From Flavobacteriaceae bacterium (GTDB lineage: Bacteria; Bacteroidota; Bacteroidia; Flavobacteriales; Flavobacteriaceae): a DNA stretch of 64,000 nt. Below the pieces are notes generated by a model. That model had not been told where the DNA came from, searched no databases, and worked only from the letters and a program-made list of their open reading frames with translations. Of the stretch, positions 1 to 8,823 are shown one piece after another; position 1 is the stretch's first letter, and every line of letters begins with the position of its first letter. The stretch covers positions 217,219-281,218 of the forward strand of contig JAGDZS010000007.1 in assembly GCA_049115595.1 (NCBI GenBank). The letters run 5' to 3'. The translations under genes and the position numbers were made by a program.

Positions 1-447
1 GAAGAGTTGTACGGAATGACAGAGATTGTTTGTGAAATTCTACCAGAAGATAAGCCTAGATACTTAATGGGAGTAGGAACACCAATTAATATCTTAGAAA
101 ACATCGCTTTAGGTGTAGATATGTTCGACTGTGTTATGCCAACAAGAAATGCCAGAAATGGAATGCTGTTTACCGCACACGGAACCATTAATATTAAGAA
201 TAAAAAGTGGGAAGATGATTTTTCTGCGATAGATGAAATGGGAATTACGTATGTTGACACCATGTATAGCAAAGCGTATTTAAGACATTTATTTGCATCG
301 AAAGAATTATTAGGGAAACAGATTGCATCTATTCATAATTTAGGTTTTTACGTTTGGTTAACAAGAGAAGCTAGAAAGCACATTATAGCAGGTGACTTTG
401 CAGAATGGAAGAATAAAATGGTCAATCAAATGAACAAAAGATTATAA
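1..447 (+). CDS. tgt: tRNA-guanine transglycosylase, C-terminal part (5' truncated by window edge)
   Basis: PRYLMGVG, GVDMFDCVMPTRNARNG and SIHNL motifs; frame is open from base 1. Confidence 0.96.
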   Translation, partial: EELYGMTEIVCEILPEDKPRYLMGVGTPINILENIALGVDMFDCVMPTRNARNGMLFTAHGTINIKNKKWEDDFSAIDEMGITYVDTMYSKAYLRHLFASKELLGKQIASIHNLGFYVWLTREARKHIIAGDFAEWKNKMVNQMNKRL

Positions 448-472
448 GTTAGCCCTCTAGGAGTAGGTATAA

Positions 473-1558
473 ATGAAAAAATTAGACTGGTACATATTAA
501 AGCGATATTTAGTAACATTTTTGTTTACGATGTTAATCTTGATTCCTATCGCTATTGCTATCGATATCTCTGAGAAAGTAGATAAGTTTTTATCGCACAG
601 TGATCTAGGCGTGATGGAAATTATAGACTCTCATTATAAGAATTTTATCATCTACTATGCCAATACTTTTATGCCTTTGGCACTATTTATAGCAGTTATT
701 TTATTTACTTCTAAGTTGTCTAATAATACAGAGATTGTAGCAATGACGAATGCTAGGATTTCTTTTACTCGTTTTTTATACCCTTACATGATTGGGGCCA
801 CTTTGGTCACCATCTTTTCTCTACTGATGAATCATTATGTAGTTCCAAATAGTAGTAAAGAACGAAAGAAATTTGAAAAGAAATATTTAGCGAATAAAAA
901 CTATAAGGATAAATACATTACTGATTTCAGTTTGCAACTGAATGATAGTACATACATATTTATGAAGAGTTTCAATTTTGAATCTTCAGCAGGGACATAT
1001 TTTGCTATAGAGAACTATCGAGGAATCGAACTAGTTAATAAATTAACATCTGATAATATTAGATGGAAAGAACAAGATAGTACATTTAGATTAACAAGAT
1101 ATAAGGTTCGAAAGATCTATAAAGATAGGGACAGTATTCTTCAAGGAATCAACTTAGATACCACATTTGCATTTTCACCCAAAGATCTTTTGTATAAAGC
1201 CGCACTATCTCAAGAAATGCCTTCAGGAGAACTTTCAGAGTTTATTAAGCTATCGAGGAAACGGGGAGTTAAAAATTTAAATGCTTATTTGGTAGAATTA
1301 TATAAGAGAACCAGTTTACCAATCTCTTCCTATATGCTAACCATTATTGCTGTGGCATTGGCATTCAAAAAGAAACGAGGAGGAATTGGAGTTAATTTGG
1401 CTATCGGAATCGGAATTATGTTTATCTACGTATTCTTTTTAAAGGTAGCTGAGGTCTTAGGAGCCGTTGCAGGGGCAAATTCATTACTCTATGTCTGGAT
1501 TCCGAATATGTTCTTTGGAGCTTTGGCACTTTATTTATACCTCAATGCAAGAAAGTAA
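473..1558 (+). CDS. LptF/LptG family LPS export permease
   Basis: MKKLDWYILKRYL start, three N-terminal TM helices, periplasmic domain, KKRGG plus three C-terminal TM helices. Confidence 0.9.
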   Translation: MKKLDWYILKRYLVTFLFTMLILIPIAIAIDISEKVDKFLSHSDLGVMEIIDSHYKNFIIYYANTFMPLALFIAVILFTSKLSNNTEIVAMTNARISFTRFLYPYMIGATLVTIFSLLMNHYVVPNSSKERKKFEKKYLANKNYKDKYITDFSLQLNDSTYIFMKSFNFESSAGTYFAIENYRGIELVNKLTSDNIRWKEQDSTFRLTRYKVRKIYKDRDSILQGINLDTTFAFSPKDLLYKAALSQEMPSGELSEFIKLSRKRGVKNLNAYLVELYKRTSLPISSYMLTIIAVALAFKKKRGGIGVNLAIGIGIMFIYVFFLKVAEVLGAVAGANSLLYVWIPNMFFGALALYLYLNARK

Positions 1559-2459
1559 ACTAAAGCATTATTTACACCTACATTTTATTGTTTTCATATG
1601 GGGTTTTACGGCTATTTTAGGAGCTTTAATTACCATTGATGCCATTCCTTTAGTATGGTATAGAATGCTCTTAGCAACTTTGTTTATTGGGATTTATTTT
1701 ATCATCAAAAAAAAATCGATTGTCATTGATAAAAAATTGATGCTCAAATTTTTCTTTTCAGGAATTATTATTGCGCTGCATTGGATCACCTTTTTTAAAG
1801 CAATTAAAGTTTCAAATGTGTCAGTTGCACTGGTAACAATGAGTACAGGTGCGCTTTTTGCATCGTTAATAGAACCATTATTCTTCAAAAGAAGAATTCG
1901 AGGAATAGAAATTTTCTTAGGATTATTGGTGGTTGTTGGATTGTATATAATTTTCAGTTTTGAACCACAGTATACTTTAGGAATTATATATGCACTGATT
2001 TCTGCTTTTTTATCAGCGCTCTTTGCAGTCATCAATGCGTTGTATGTTAAGAAGCATAAGGCTGATGTTATTTCATTTTATCAATTATTATTCGGTGTCG
2101 TTTTTATTACCATTTTCTTACTAGTACAAGGCTCATTCACTGTTGAATTCTTTATCTTGAAAAGTACAGATTGGATGTATTTGTTATTATTAAGTAGTGT
2201 ATGTACTGCATATGCGTTTATAGTTTCTGTAGATGTTATGAAATACCTAACTCCTTATACAGTAATGCTAACGATTAACCTAGAACCTATATATGCAATT
2301 ATTCTTGCATTGATGGTTTTTGGTGAAAAGGAAAGAATGAATTCTGAGTTTTATTTAGGTGCCTTTATTGTTTTGTTTGTGGTATTGCTTAATGGTTTTC
2401 TTAAAAACAGAAAAGGAATTGCAAAAAAAATGGAAAAACTACAACGCTCAAAAAAATAA
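1545..2459 (+). CDS. DMT/EamA family transporter
   Basis: About 10 TM helices, HLHFIVFIWGFTAILG and NLEPIYAI motifs; start re-assigned to ATG 1545 (MQESK), overlapping the upstream gene end. Confidence 0.88.
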   Translation: MQESKLKHYLHLHFIVFIWGFTAILGALITIDAIPLVWYRMLLATLFIGIYFIIKKKSIVIDKKLMLKFFFSGIIIALHWITFFKAIKVSNVSVALVTMSTGALFASLIEPLFFKRRIRGIEIFLGLLVVVGLYIIFSFEPQYTLGIIYALISAFLSALFAVINALYVKKHKADVISFYQLLFGVVFITIFLLVQGSFTVEFFILKSTDWMYLLLLSSVCTAYAFIVSVDVMKYLTPYTVMLTINLEPIYAIILALMVFGEKERMNSEFYLGAFIVLFVVLLNGFLKNRKGIAKKMEKLQRSKK

Positions 2460-2555
2460 AAAACCTTGTAAAAAGAACCTATTTTTGTAGTAAGTTTGTA
2501 GCTTTGATTGTTCGATTTTAAGAATCGAATATTATAAAGGATAAACAACTAAACT

Positions 2556-3509
2556 ATGGAATATTTAGACTTTGAATTACCCATTAAAGAACTAGAGGAT
2601 CAGTTAGAAAAGTGTGTAATTATAGGGAAGGAGAGTGATGTAGACGTAACAGCAACCTGTACCAAAATTCAAAAGAAATTAGACAAAGCAAAGAAAGATA
2701 TTTATAAGAACTTAACGCCTTGGCAGAGAGTTCAATTGTCTAGACATCCCAACAGACCTTATACTTTAGATTACATCAACGCTATTTGTGGAGATACTTT
2801 TATGGAGCTTCATGGAGACAGAAGTGTAAAAGATGATAAGGCGATGATTGGTGGTTTAGGTAAAATTGGAGATCAATCGTTTATGTTTATTGGTCAACAA
2901 AAAGGATACAATACCAAAACGCGTCAGTATAGAAACTTTGGGATGGCGAATCCTGAAGGATATAGAAAAGCACTTCGCTTGATGAAAATGGCTGAAAAAT
3001 TCAGTATTCCAGTGATTACTTTATTGGATACTCCAGGAGCTTATCCAGGATTAGAAGCAGAAGAGAGAGGACAAGGAGAAGCGATTGCAAGAAATATTTT
3101 AGAAATGACTCGTTTAAAAACTCCTATCATTACCATTGTAATTGGTGAAGGAGCTTCTGGAGGAGCATTAGGAATAGGTGTTGGAAACAAAGTATACATG
3201 ATGGAAAACACATGGTATACTGTAATTTCTCCTGAATCTTGCTCTTCAATTTTATGGCGTAGCTGGGAGTTTAAAGAGCAAGCGGCTGAAGCGTTAAAGT
3301 TAACTGGTGAAGACATGAAAAAGTTAAAACTAATTGACGGAATTATTAAAGAACCAGTAGGAGGGGCGCATTCAAACAGAGAAGAAGCTTTTGAAGCAGT
3401 AAAGGATACCATTCTTTCTGCTTTTGAAGAATTGAAAGATTTATCAGACAAAGAAATTGTAGCAACAAGAATGGAGAAATACGCTCAAATGGGAGTGTAC
3501 AAAGAATAA
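2556..3509 (+). CDS. accA: acetyl-CoA carboxylase carboxyltransferase alpha subunit
   Basis: [40 protein letters not shown] motifs. Confidence 0.98.
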   Translation: MEYLDFELPIKELEDQLEKCVIIGKESDVDVTATCTKIQKKLDKAKKDIYKNLTPWQRVQLSRHPNRPYTLDYINAICGDTFMELHGDRSVKDDKAMIGGLGKIGDQSFMFIGQQKGYNTKTRQYRNFGMANPEGYRKALRLMKMAEKFSIPVITLLDTPGAYPGLEAEERGQGEAIARNILEMTRLKTPIITIVIGEGASGGALGIGVGNKVYMMENTWYTVISPESCSSILWRSWEFKEQAAEALKLTGEDMKKLKLIDGIIKEPVGGAHSNREEAFEAVKDTILSAFEELKDLSDKEIVATRMEKYAQMGVYKE

Positions 3510-3530
3510 CATTGTTGATTTTAAATATAG

Positions 3531-3561
3531 AAGAGACGAGATTTTAATCTCGTCTTTTTTT
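3531..3561 (+). terminator. intrinsic terminator after accA
   Basis: AAGAGACGAG/CTCGTCTT hairpin followed by a T run. Confidence 0.8.
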
Positions 3562-3659
3562 ATGCTCAAAAACGAAGAAATTTAGCTGTGAAAAAAACAA
3601 TCAAATTTGTTGCATATTCAATGCCGAATTTAGACTTTTATCATCCTTAACCAATTCTT

Positions 3660-5165
3660 ATGAATTCAATTCACAAAATAGATTCAAATCCGTTAGATTT
3701 ATCAATCATCCATGATATTCTTCTAAGTGATAAGAAATTAGCATTATCTGATGATGCAGTTGTACGTGTTAAAAAGTGTAGGGCTTATTTAGATGAAAAA
3801 ATGAAATCGGTATCGAAACCTATTTATGGTATCAATACTGGGTTTGGAGCTTTATATAATGTGAAAATTAAAGGAGAGAATCTACAAAAACTACAAGAGA
3901 ACTTAGTAATGAGTCATGCTTGTGGTACTGGTGATGAAGCATCGAATGAGATTGTAAAATTGATGTTGTTATTGAAAATACAATCCTTAAACTACGGACA
4001 TTCGGGAGTGCAATTAGCTACCATCAATCGTTTGATTGATTTTTATAACAACGATATTTTTCCTGTGGTATATGAACAAGGTTCTTTAGGAGCTTCAGGA
4101 GATTTATCGCCACTAGCACATTTGGCATTGCCATTGATTGGTCTGGGTGAGGTAGATTACAAAGGTGAACGAGTTTCTGGGGAAGAAATCTTAAAACGTT
4201 TTGGTTGGGAGAAAATTAAGTTACAATCCAAAGAAGGATTAGCGTTGTTAAATGGAACGCAATTTATGACTGCCTACGGAATTTATAATTTACTAAAAGC
4301 ACACAAACTTTCGTACTTGGCAGATCTGATTGGAGCTATTTCTTTGGAAGGTTTTGACGGACGAGTAGAGCCTTTTAACGAATTGGTACATTTGGTTCGT
4401 CCGCATAGAGGGCAATTAAAAACTGCTGAAAGAATTCGTGAATTTTTAGAAGACAGTGAACTCATTGCGCAAGAAAAACAACACGTACAAGATCCGTATT
4501 CGTTCCGTTGTATGCCACAAGTACATGGAGCAACAAAAGATACCATTCGTTTTGTGACCAAAACATTCTTAACAGAAATCAATTCAGTGACGGATAATCC
4601 TAATGTGTTTGTCGATGAAGATGAAATCATTTCGGGAGGGAATTTTCACGGACAGCCTTTGGCGTTGACTTTAGATTTTTTAGCGATTGCGATGGCAGAA
4701 TTAGGAAACATCTCTGAACGCAGGGTGTATCAATTAGTATCAGGACATAGACATTTACCACCATTCTTGGTTTCTAACCCAGGATTGAATAGCGGATTTA
4801 TGATTCCGCAATATACTGCGGCAAGTATCGTAAGTCAGAACAAACAATACGCAACACCCTCAAGTGTCGATTCTATCGAATCTAGCAATGGACAAGAAGA
4901 CCATGTGAGTATGGGAGCCAATGGAGCTACCAAAGCAAAGAAGGTCGTTGACAATCTTCAAACTGTTTTGGCGATTGAATTGTTTACAGCTTCACAAGCC
5001 TTGTCTTTTGGAAAAGCAAAAAGTTCTCCGTTCCTAGAATCTTTTATTGGATCTTTTAGGGAAGAAGTTTCTATTGTAGAAGAAGACAGAGTGATGCATG
5101 ATAGTATGATGAACGCTTCAGCTTTTATTGATTCTTTGGAAATTGATTCGGAGGAGTTATTCTAA
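3660..5165 (+). CDS. hutH: histidine ammonia-lyase
   Basis: IYGINTGFG, GSLGASGDL (MIO-forming ASG), QDPYSFRCMPQVHG, SGGNFHGQP. Confidence 0.97.
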   Translation: MNSIHKIDSNPLDLSIIHDILLSDKKLALSDDAVVRVKKCRAYLDEKMKSVSKPIYGINTGFGALYNVKIKGENLQKLQENLVMSHACGTGDEASNEIVKLMLLLKIQSLNYGHSGVQLATINRLIDFYNNDIFPVVYEQGSLGASGDLSPLAHLALPLIGLGEVDYKGERVSGEEILKRFGWEKIKLQSKEGLALLNGTQFMTAYGIYNLLKAHKLSYLADLIGAISLEGFDGRVEPFNELVHLVRPHRGQLKTAERIREFLEDSELIAQEKQHVQDPYSFRCMPQVHGATKDTIRFVTKTFLTEINSVTDNPNVFVDEDEIISGGNFHGQPLALTLDFLAIAMAELGNISERRVYQLVSGHRHLPPFLVSNPGLNSGFMIPQYTAASIVSQNKQYATPSSVDSIESSNGQEDHVSMGANGATKAKKVVDNLQTVLAIELFTASQALSFGKAKSSPFLESFIGSFREEVSIVEEDRVMHDSMMNASAFIDSLEIDSEELF

Positions 5166-5584
5166 TCTTTTTTCTCATGAATATATAGATGAATACTTCC
5201 ATTAGGAAAGTACATGAGGCTTAAAACACTATCAGTTTTATTTAGAATCTCGTAGTGTAATGTATCTCTTTGATTGGTTAGAACAATAAACTTTCCAGGC
5301 CTAGCTTCTGTATCTGCATATTCTGGAAGTTCATTAGTGATTGTAATATTATAAATATCATCATCTTCAGTTTTTTCTCCGACATAAGAAAATGTCCATT
5401 TTCCATCTTTGATTTCGATACCAGAATTGGTGTCGTTTTCCAAAACCCAGCGACCATCTTTCAATGTTGTTTGATTTTTAGGAATATCATCTATTACACC
5501 TTCTGCAAATGGATACATTTGATACAAAAAATAGGCAATTCCTAAAATCAGACCAATTGCTATGGTAAGAAGTCTTTTGTTCAT
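5162..5584 (-). CDS. hypothetical protein with N-terminal membrane anchor and small beta-rich domain
   Basis: 140-aa ORF with hydrophobic N-terminus; no family recognised. Confidence 0.6.
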   Translation of the reverse strand: MNKRLLTIAIGLILGIAYFLYQMYPFAEGVIDDIPKNQTTLKDGRWVLENDTNSGIEIKDGKWTFSYVGEKTEDDDIYNITITNELPEYADTEARPGKFIVLTNQRDTLHYEILNKTDSVLSLMYFPNGSIHLYIHEKKD

Positions 5585-5616
5585 TGGTTTTTCAAGGCTA
5601 ATTCTGAAGAGTTGTT

Positions 5617-6051
5617 TTAGATATTTGAGTTAAAATGTGACTCTTTTAAAAGACCCTTTATTAAATCTATGAAATAATTAGTATTATTTTTTAATTGTAT
5701 AAGTCTGTAAGCTTCTCTGTCTAAAGCTTTATACGTTATTTTGCACCCTAACTTTTTAGTAACCCAGAAACGATCATCTTCAAACCAAAAGCGTTCAACT
5801 TGGAGAATTTGATCAAAAGGTATATAATTCACCATATATTCATGATTTCTGTAGAAAATATCCTCTCTTACTAAAACGACATGTATTAATTTTTTATTAG
5901 TTACTACAGCAAAATCAGTTGACTTATTTCCAAATGTTTTCCATCTAGTTTTTTTAGCATCTCTAAATTCATTTATTACGAATTCATTTTTACCTAGATT
6001 AAGAAAGCTTTTAGACTCAATCTCTTTTCTAATGTGACTCATATTAATCAA
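5617..6051 (-). CDS. hypothetical protein, possibly bacterial PH-like domain
   Basis: 144-aa ORF; AVVTNKKLIHV...IPFDQILQV pattern resembles bacterial PH domains (inference). Confidence 0.5.
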   Translation of the reverse strand: MINMSHIRKEIESKSFLNLGKNEFVINEFRDAKKTRWKTFGNKSTDFAVVTNKKLIHVVLVREDIFYRNHEYMVNYIPFDQILQVERFWFEDDRFWVTKKLGCKITYKALDREAYRLIQLKNNTNYFIDLIKGLLKESHFNSNI

Positions 6052-6073
6052 TTAAATGTGTTAAACTACAAAA

Positions 6074-6667
6074 TTATCTATAAGGTGGCCCTGAAACCCA
6101 ACCCACAATGGATTGACGTGTTCCTTTTGTAATCGGTGTCACCCGATGCATAATAAAGGATGGAAAAATGATAATGGTACCTTTTTTACGTGGGGCGTTC
6201 TCTATTTTATTGTTCATCATAAATTGTAAATCTCCGCCTTCATAATCGTCAGAATCTGATAATTGAATCGTCATACTTAATTTACGAGCAGAAATTTCCC
6301 CTGCACCAAAATCCAAATGCCAATCAAAAAAGTCACCTTCAGAATACCTAGTGAGTTGTAACTCTTGATGAAAGCCTAATAAGTCAAACCAAAATCGTTC
6401 GTTATTACTAGTCATGGCAAGATTTGCTAGCTTTCTGTAAATCCAATCATTTTCTGGTATGTTTTCAATAAACATCACAGAGCTCTTTCGTATTTCATCG
6501 TCATATTGAGATTTATCACTTCCAGATAGCGTTGCTTTAATTATTTTTTGCTCATCCCAAAAGTTTAGAATTGTATCAATTTCATGAGGTGGAAATAATC
6601 CGTCATAATAGACATAGTCTACAAAGTTGTGTTTAAGAGGAAGTCCGAATGAATAGTTCATTGACAT
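6074..6667 (-). CDS. 2OG-Fe(II) oxygenase (prolyl-4-hydroxylase-like)
   Basis: FDWHLD (HxD), RKLSMTIQLS, YEGGDL, FPSFIMHRVTPITKGTR (distal His and 2OG-binding Arg). Confidence 0.9.
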   Translation of the reverse strand: MSMNYSFGLPLKHNFVDYVYYDGLFPPHEIDTILNFWDEQKIIKATLSGSDKSQYDDEIRKSSVMFIENIPENDWIYRKLANLAMTSNNERFWFDLLGFHQELQLTRYSEGDFFDWHLDFGAGEISARKLSMTIQLSDSDDYEGGDLQFMMNNKIENAPRKKGTIIIFPSFIMHRVTPITKGTRQSIVGWVSGPPYR

Positions 6668-6874
6668 AATTTAAAAGAGTTTTTTGATTATTTTTTATGA
6701 TCTGTATTAACGAGTCAATTAGGATTGCAAACGAAGTTACTCGAAAAGTAAATGATAGTCAATTATCTACAAATAAAACAGGTGTTTATACCTAGTTTTA
6801 AAACGAAGTTTTTTTTTCTAGATAGTTATGTCCATATTTATATAATATTATAGAATAAACTAAACCAAAAACGT

Positions 6875-7840
6875 ATGTTAAGTAGAAGTCAATTAGAAAG
6901 TATTATGAAAGTAGGAAGATCTATCAGCCTTGCAAAAGCTGGAGATCATGAACTTGGATTATTAAAACAATTACCTGGACTATGGACAAACTTACCAAGT
7001 TTACCTGGACGTGGTTGGAATATGATTGCGTTGCCTTTTGCGAGTGATGCAACAAAAGCACCTATTAATTATCGACTATTGGTAAATCAATACAACGAAG
7101 AACTTCGCTTTTCAGAAGTAGATAAGGCTGTCCCAAATCGCGGAATTAAAAAAAATGATGATGGTACAGCAACCAATAAAGATCAATTTGTTGCAACCAT
7201 GAGTTATGAACAAACGATTAAACAAGTTGCTGCAACAGATTTTCCATTAAGCGGATTAGCTGGCCCAGCTGAGTTGCCTATTCATCATGAGCCTGGACTT
7301 TTCTTATATATGGCTAATGAGGCAACTGATGGACTTGAGTATGCTAGATTAGGAACAATTCCGCATGGAAATTCAATATTGGCTTTAGGGAAAGGAAAGG
7401 CACATAAAGGAGCTCCCGTAATTCCAGATGAAAATGGATTACCTATTGGAGTAAATCATGATTTAGAAGGTGCATATTTAGAGCCTTATAAACATTTTCA
7501 TGACAATCCTTTTAAAGGTGTTTTTGATCCAGTAGATCCAAATGCTCTTTTAAAGGAAGCTAATGAAGGAGTGGAAATTGTAAAAACAACTGAATTTGTA
7601 TTTGATACGAAGTTAGAATCAGGCGGTATTTCTAATATCCCTTTTATTGAGAGACAAGCAGATGCAACAGAAATGACTTCGAGGTTTTGGATTCAGGAAT
7701 TGGCGGAAAAAGATGCTGCTGGAAACCCTAAGTTAAGACTTCAATATACACAAACCGTTTTCTTGGATTTCTTTAAGAATTCAGATGGAGAGTTAATTCG
7801 ATGGCCACATGTTTCTATTAACACCTTGGAGAAAGCATAA
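6875..7840 (+). CDS. heme-binding protein, probable FMP-type peroxidase family
   Basis: LPGRGWNMIALPF, YNEELRF, IHHEPGLFL, RLGTIPHGNS, LQYTQTVFLDF, WPHVSINTL motifs recalled for this family. Confidence 0.6.
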   Translation: MLSRSQLESIMKVGRSISLAKAGDHELGLLKQLPGLWTNLPSLPGRGWNMIALPFASDATKAPINYRLLVNQYNEELRFSEVDKAVPNRGIKKNDDGTATNKDQFVATMSYEQTIKQVAATDFPLSGLAGPAELPIHHEPGLFLYMANEATDGLEYARLGTIPHGNSILALGKGKAHKGAPVIPDENGLPIGVNHDLEGAYLEPYKHFHDNPFKGVFDPVDPNALLKEANEGVEIVKTTEFVFDTKLESGGISNIPFIERQADATEMTSRFWIQELAEKDAAGNPKLRLQYTQTVFLDFFKNSDGELIRWPHVSINTLEKA

Positions 7841-7862
7841 AAGATTAATAGACTATAAATCA

Positions 7863-7890
7863 AAAACCCCAAACTAAGGTTTGGGGTTTT
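7863..7890. terminator. bidirectional intrinsic terminator (copy 3 of the clpC-type terminator)
   Basis: AAAACCCCAAAC-TAAG-GTTTGGGGTTTT, 12-bp stem between convergent genes. Confidence 0.85.
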
Positions 7891-7893
7891 TCT

Positions 7894-8289
7894 TTATTCT
7901 TTTCTTTCTAAATGTATGGTTATTACTTGACCTTGATCAGCTAGTTTTAAATTTAATTCCTTTTTGTTTAAGGTTTCAATTTTAGTTTTTTTCAATTCTC
8001 CCTTTTCTGTTGTAAAGGTAATACTGTCTTTATTCTTTGTGAATGCCCATTTTCCTTTTTGAATTCTATTGTTTGAATTCACTTCATGGTTTCCATCTTT
8101 AAGAAAATTCATCCACATTTCATCGACTTGGCCAGGAGGAGGTGTCTGTTTGTTGCCATTGGCTTCAATATATTTTACATACCATTTCTCTTTACACAAT
8201 AAATCAGTTTTACTGTCTTGGATGTCTGAATCAATCAGGGCACTAGTAAATAGAAGAACAATTGATAATGCTAAGTATTTTAATTTCAT
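7894..8289 (-). CDS. secreted lipocalin-like protein (tandem paralog 2)
   Basis: Signal peptide; LLCKEKWY...FLKDG...KGKW...I..LNKKEL pattern; 131 aa. Confidence 0.7.
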   Translation of the reverse strand: MKLKYLALSIVLLFTSALIDSDIQDSKTDLLCKEKWYVKYIEANGNKQTPPPGQVDEMWMNFLKDGNHEVNSNNRIQKGKWAFTKNKDSITFTTEKGELKKTKIETLNKKELNLKLADQGQVITIHLERKE

Positions 8290-8356
8290 AAATTTTTTAT
8301 TTAAAGATTAACGTAAAACTAACTAAAAAAAAACAAACGTTAGTTTGGGGTTTTCT

Positions 8357-8752
8357 TTATTCTTTTTTGTCCAAAAAAATAGTTACTTCTTGCGTATCGT
8401 CTTTGAAAAATATTTCTAACTCTTTAGAATTTAATTTGTTAATCCTAAAAGCTACATTGATAGTTAGATCAATATTTAAAAGAAGAGAGTCTTTGTTTTT
8501 TGAGAATTTCCATAGACCTTTTTCCTTTTTTATATTTCCATCACCGTTATAGTTACCGTCTTTATGAAAAATCATCCAAGGACTTCCTTTTTCGCTGTTA
8601 GGAATAGTCTCTTTTATTTCACCAGATTGAGTGTATTTCATATACCACTTCCCACTACAAAGTAATTTTTTTTTATCTTTTTGTATGTTGGAGTTAACTA
8701 GTATGCCAGATAATACTATGGTGATAACAGTGATAAGATATTTTAATTTCAT
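8357..8752 (-). CDS. secreted lipocalin-like protein (tandem paralog 1)
   Basis: Same length (131 aa) and same MKLKYL start as 7894-8289; LLCSGKWY...FHKDG...KGLW...INKLNSKEL. Confidence 0.7.
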   Translation of the reverse strand: MKLKYLITVITIVLSGILVNSNIQKDKKKLLCSGKWYMKYTQSGEIKETIPNSEKGSPWMIFHKDGNYNGDGNIKKEKGLWKFSKNKDSLLLNIDLTINVAFRINKLNSKELEIFFKDDTQEVTIFLDKKE

Positions 8753-8789
8753 AGATTTCTTTTAAGTATTAAAAATAAAACTAACGAAT

Positions 8790-8819
8790 AAAAAACCCAA
8801 ACGAAAGTTTGGGTTTTTT
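8790..8819 (-). terminator. clpC intrinsic terminator
   Basis: AAAAAACCCAAAC-GAAA-GTTTGGGTTTTTT immediately after the clpC stop. Confidence 0.85.
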
Positions 8820-8823
8820 ATGT

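Noticed and set aside
1467-1544. Extended start of the DMT transporter
   Set aside because: It overlaps the Lpt permease by about 90 bp; ATG at 1545 gives the usual short overlap.
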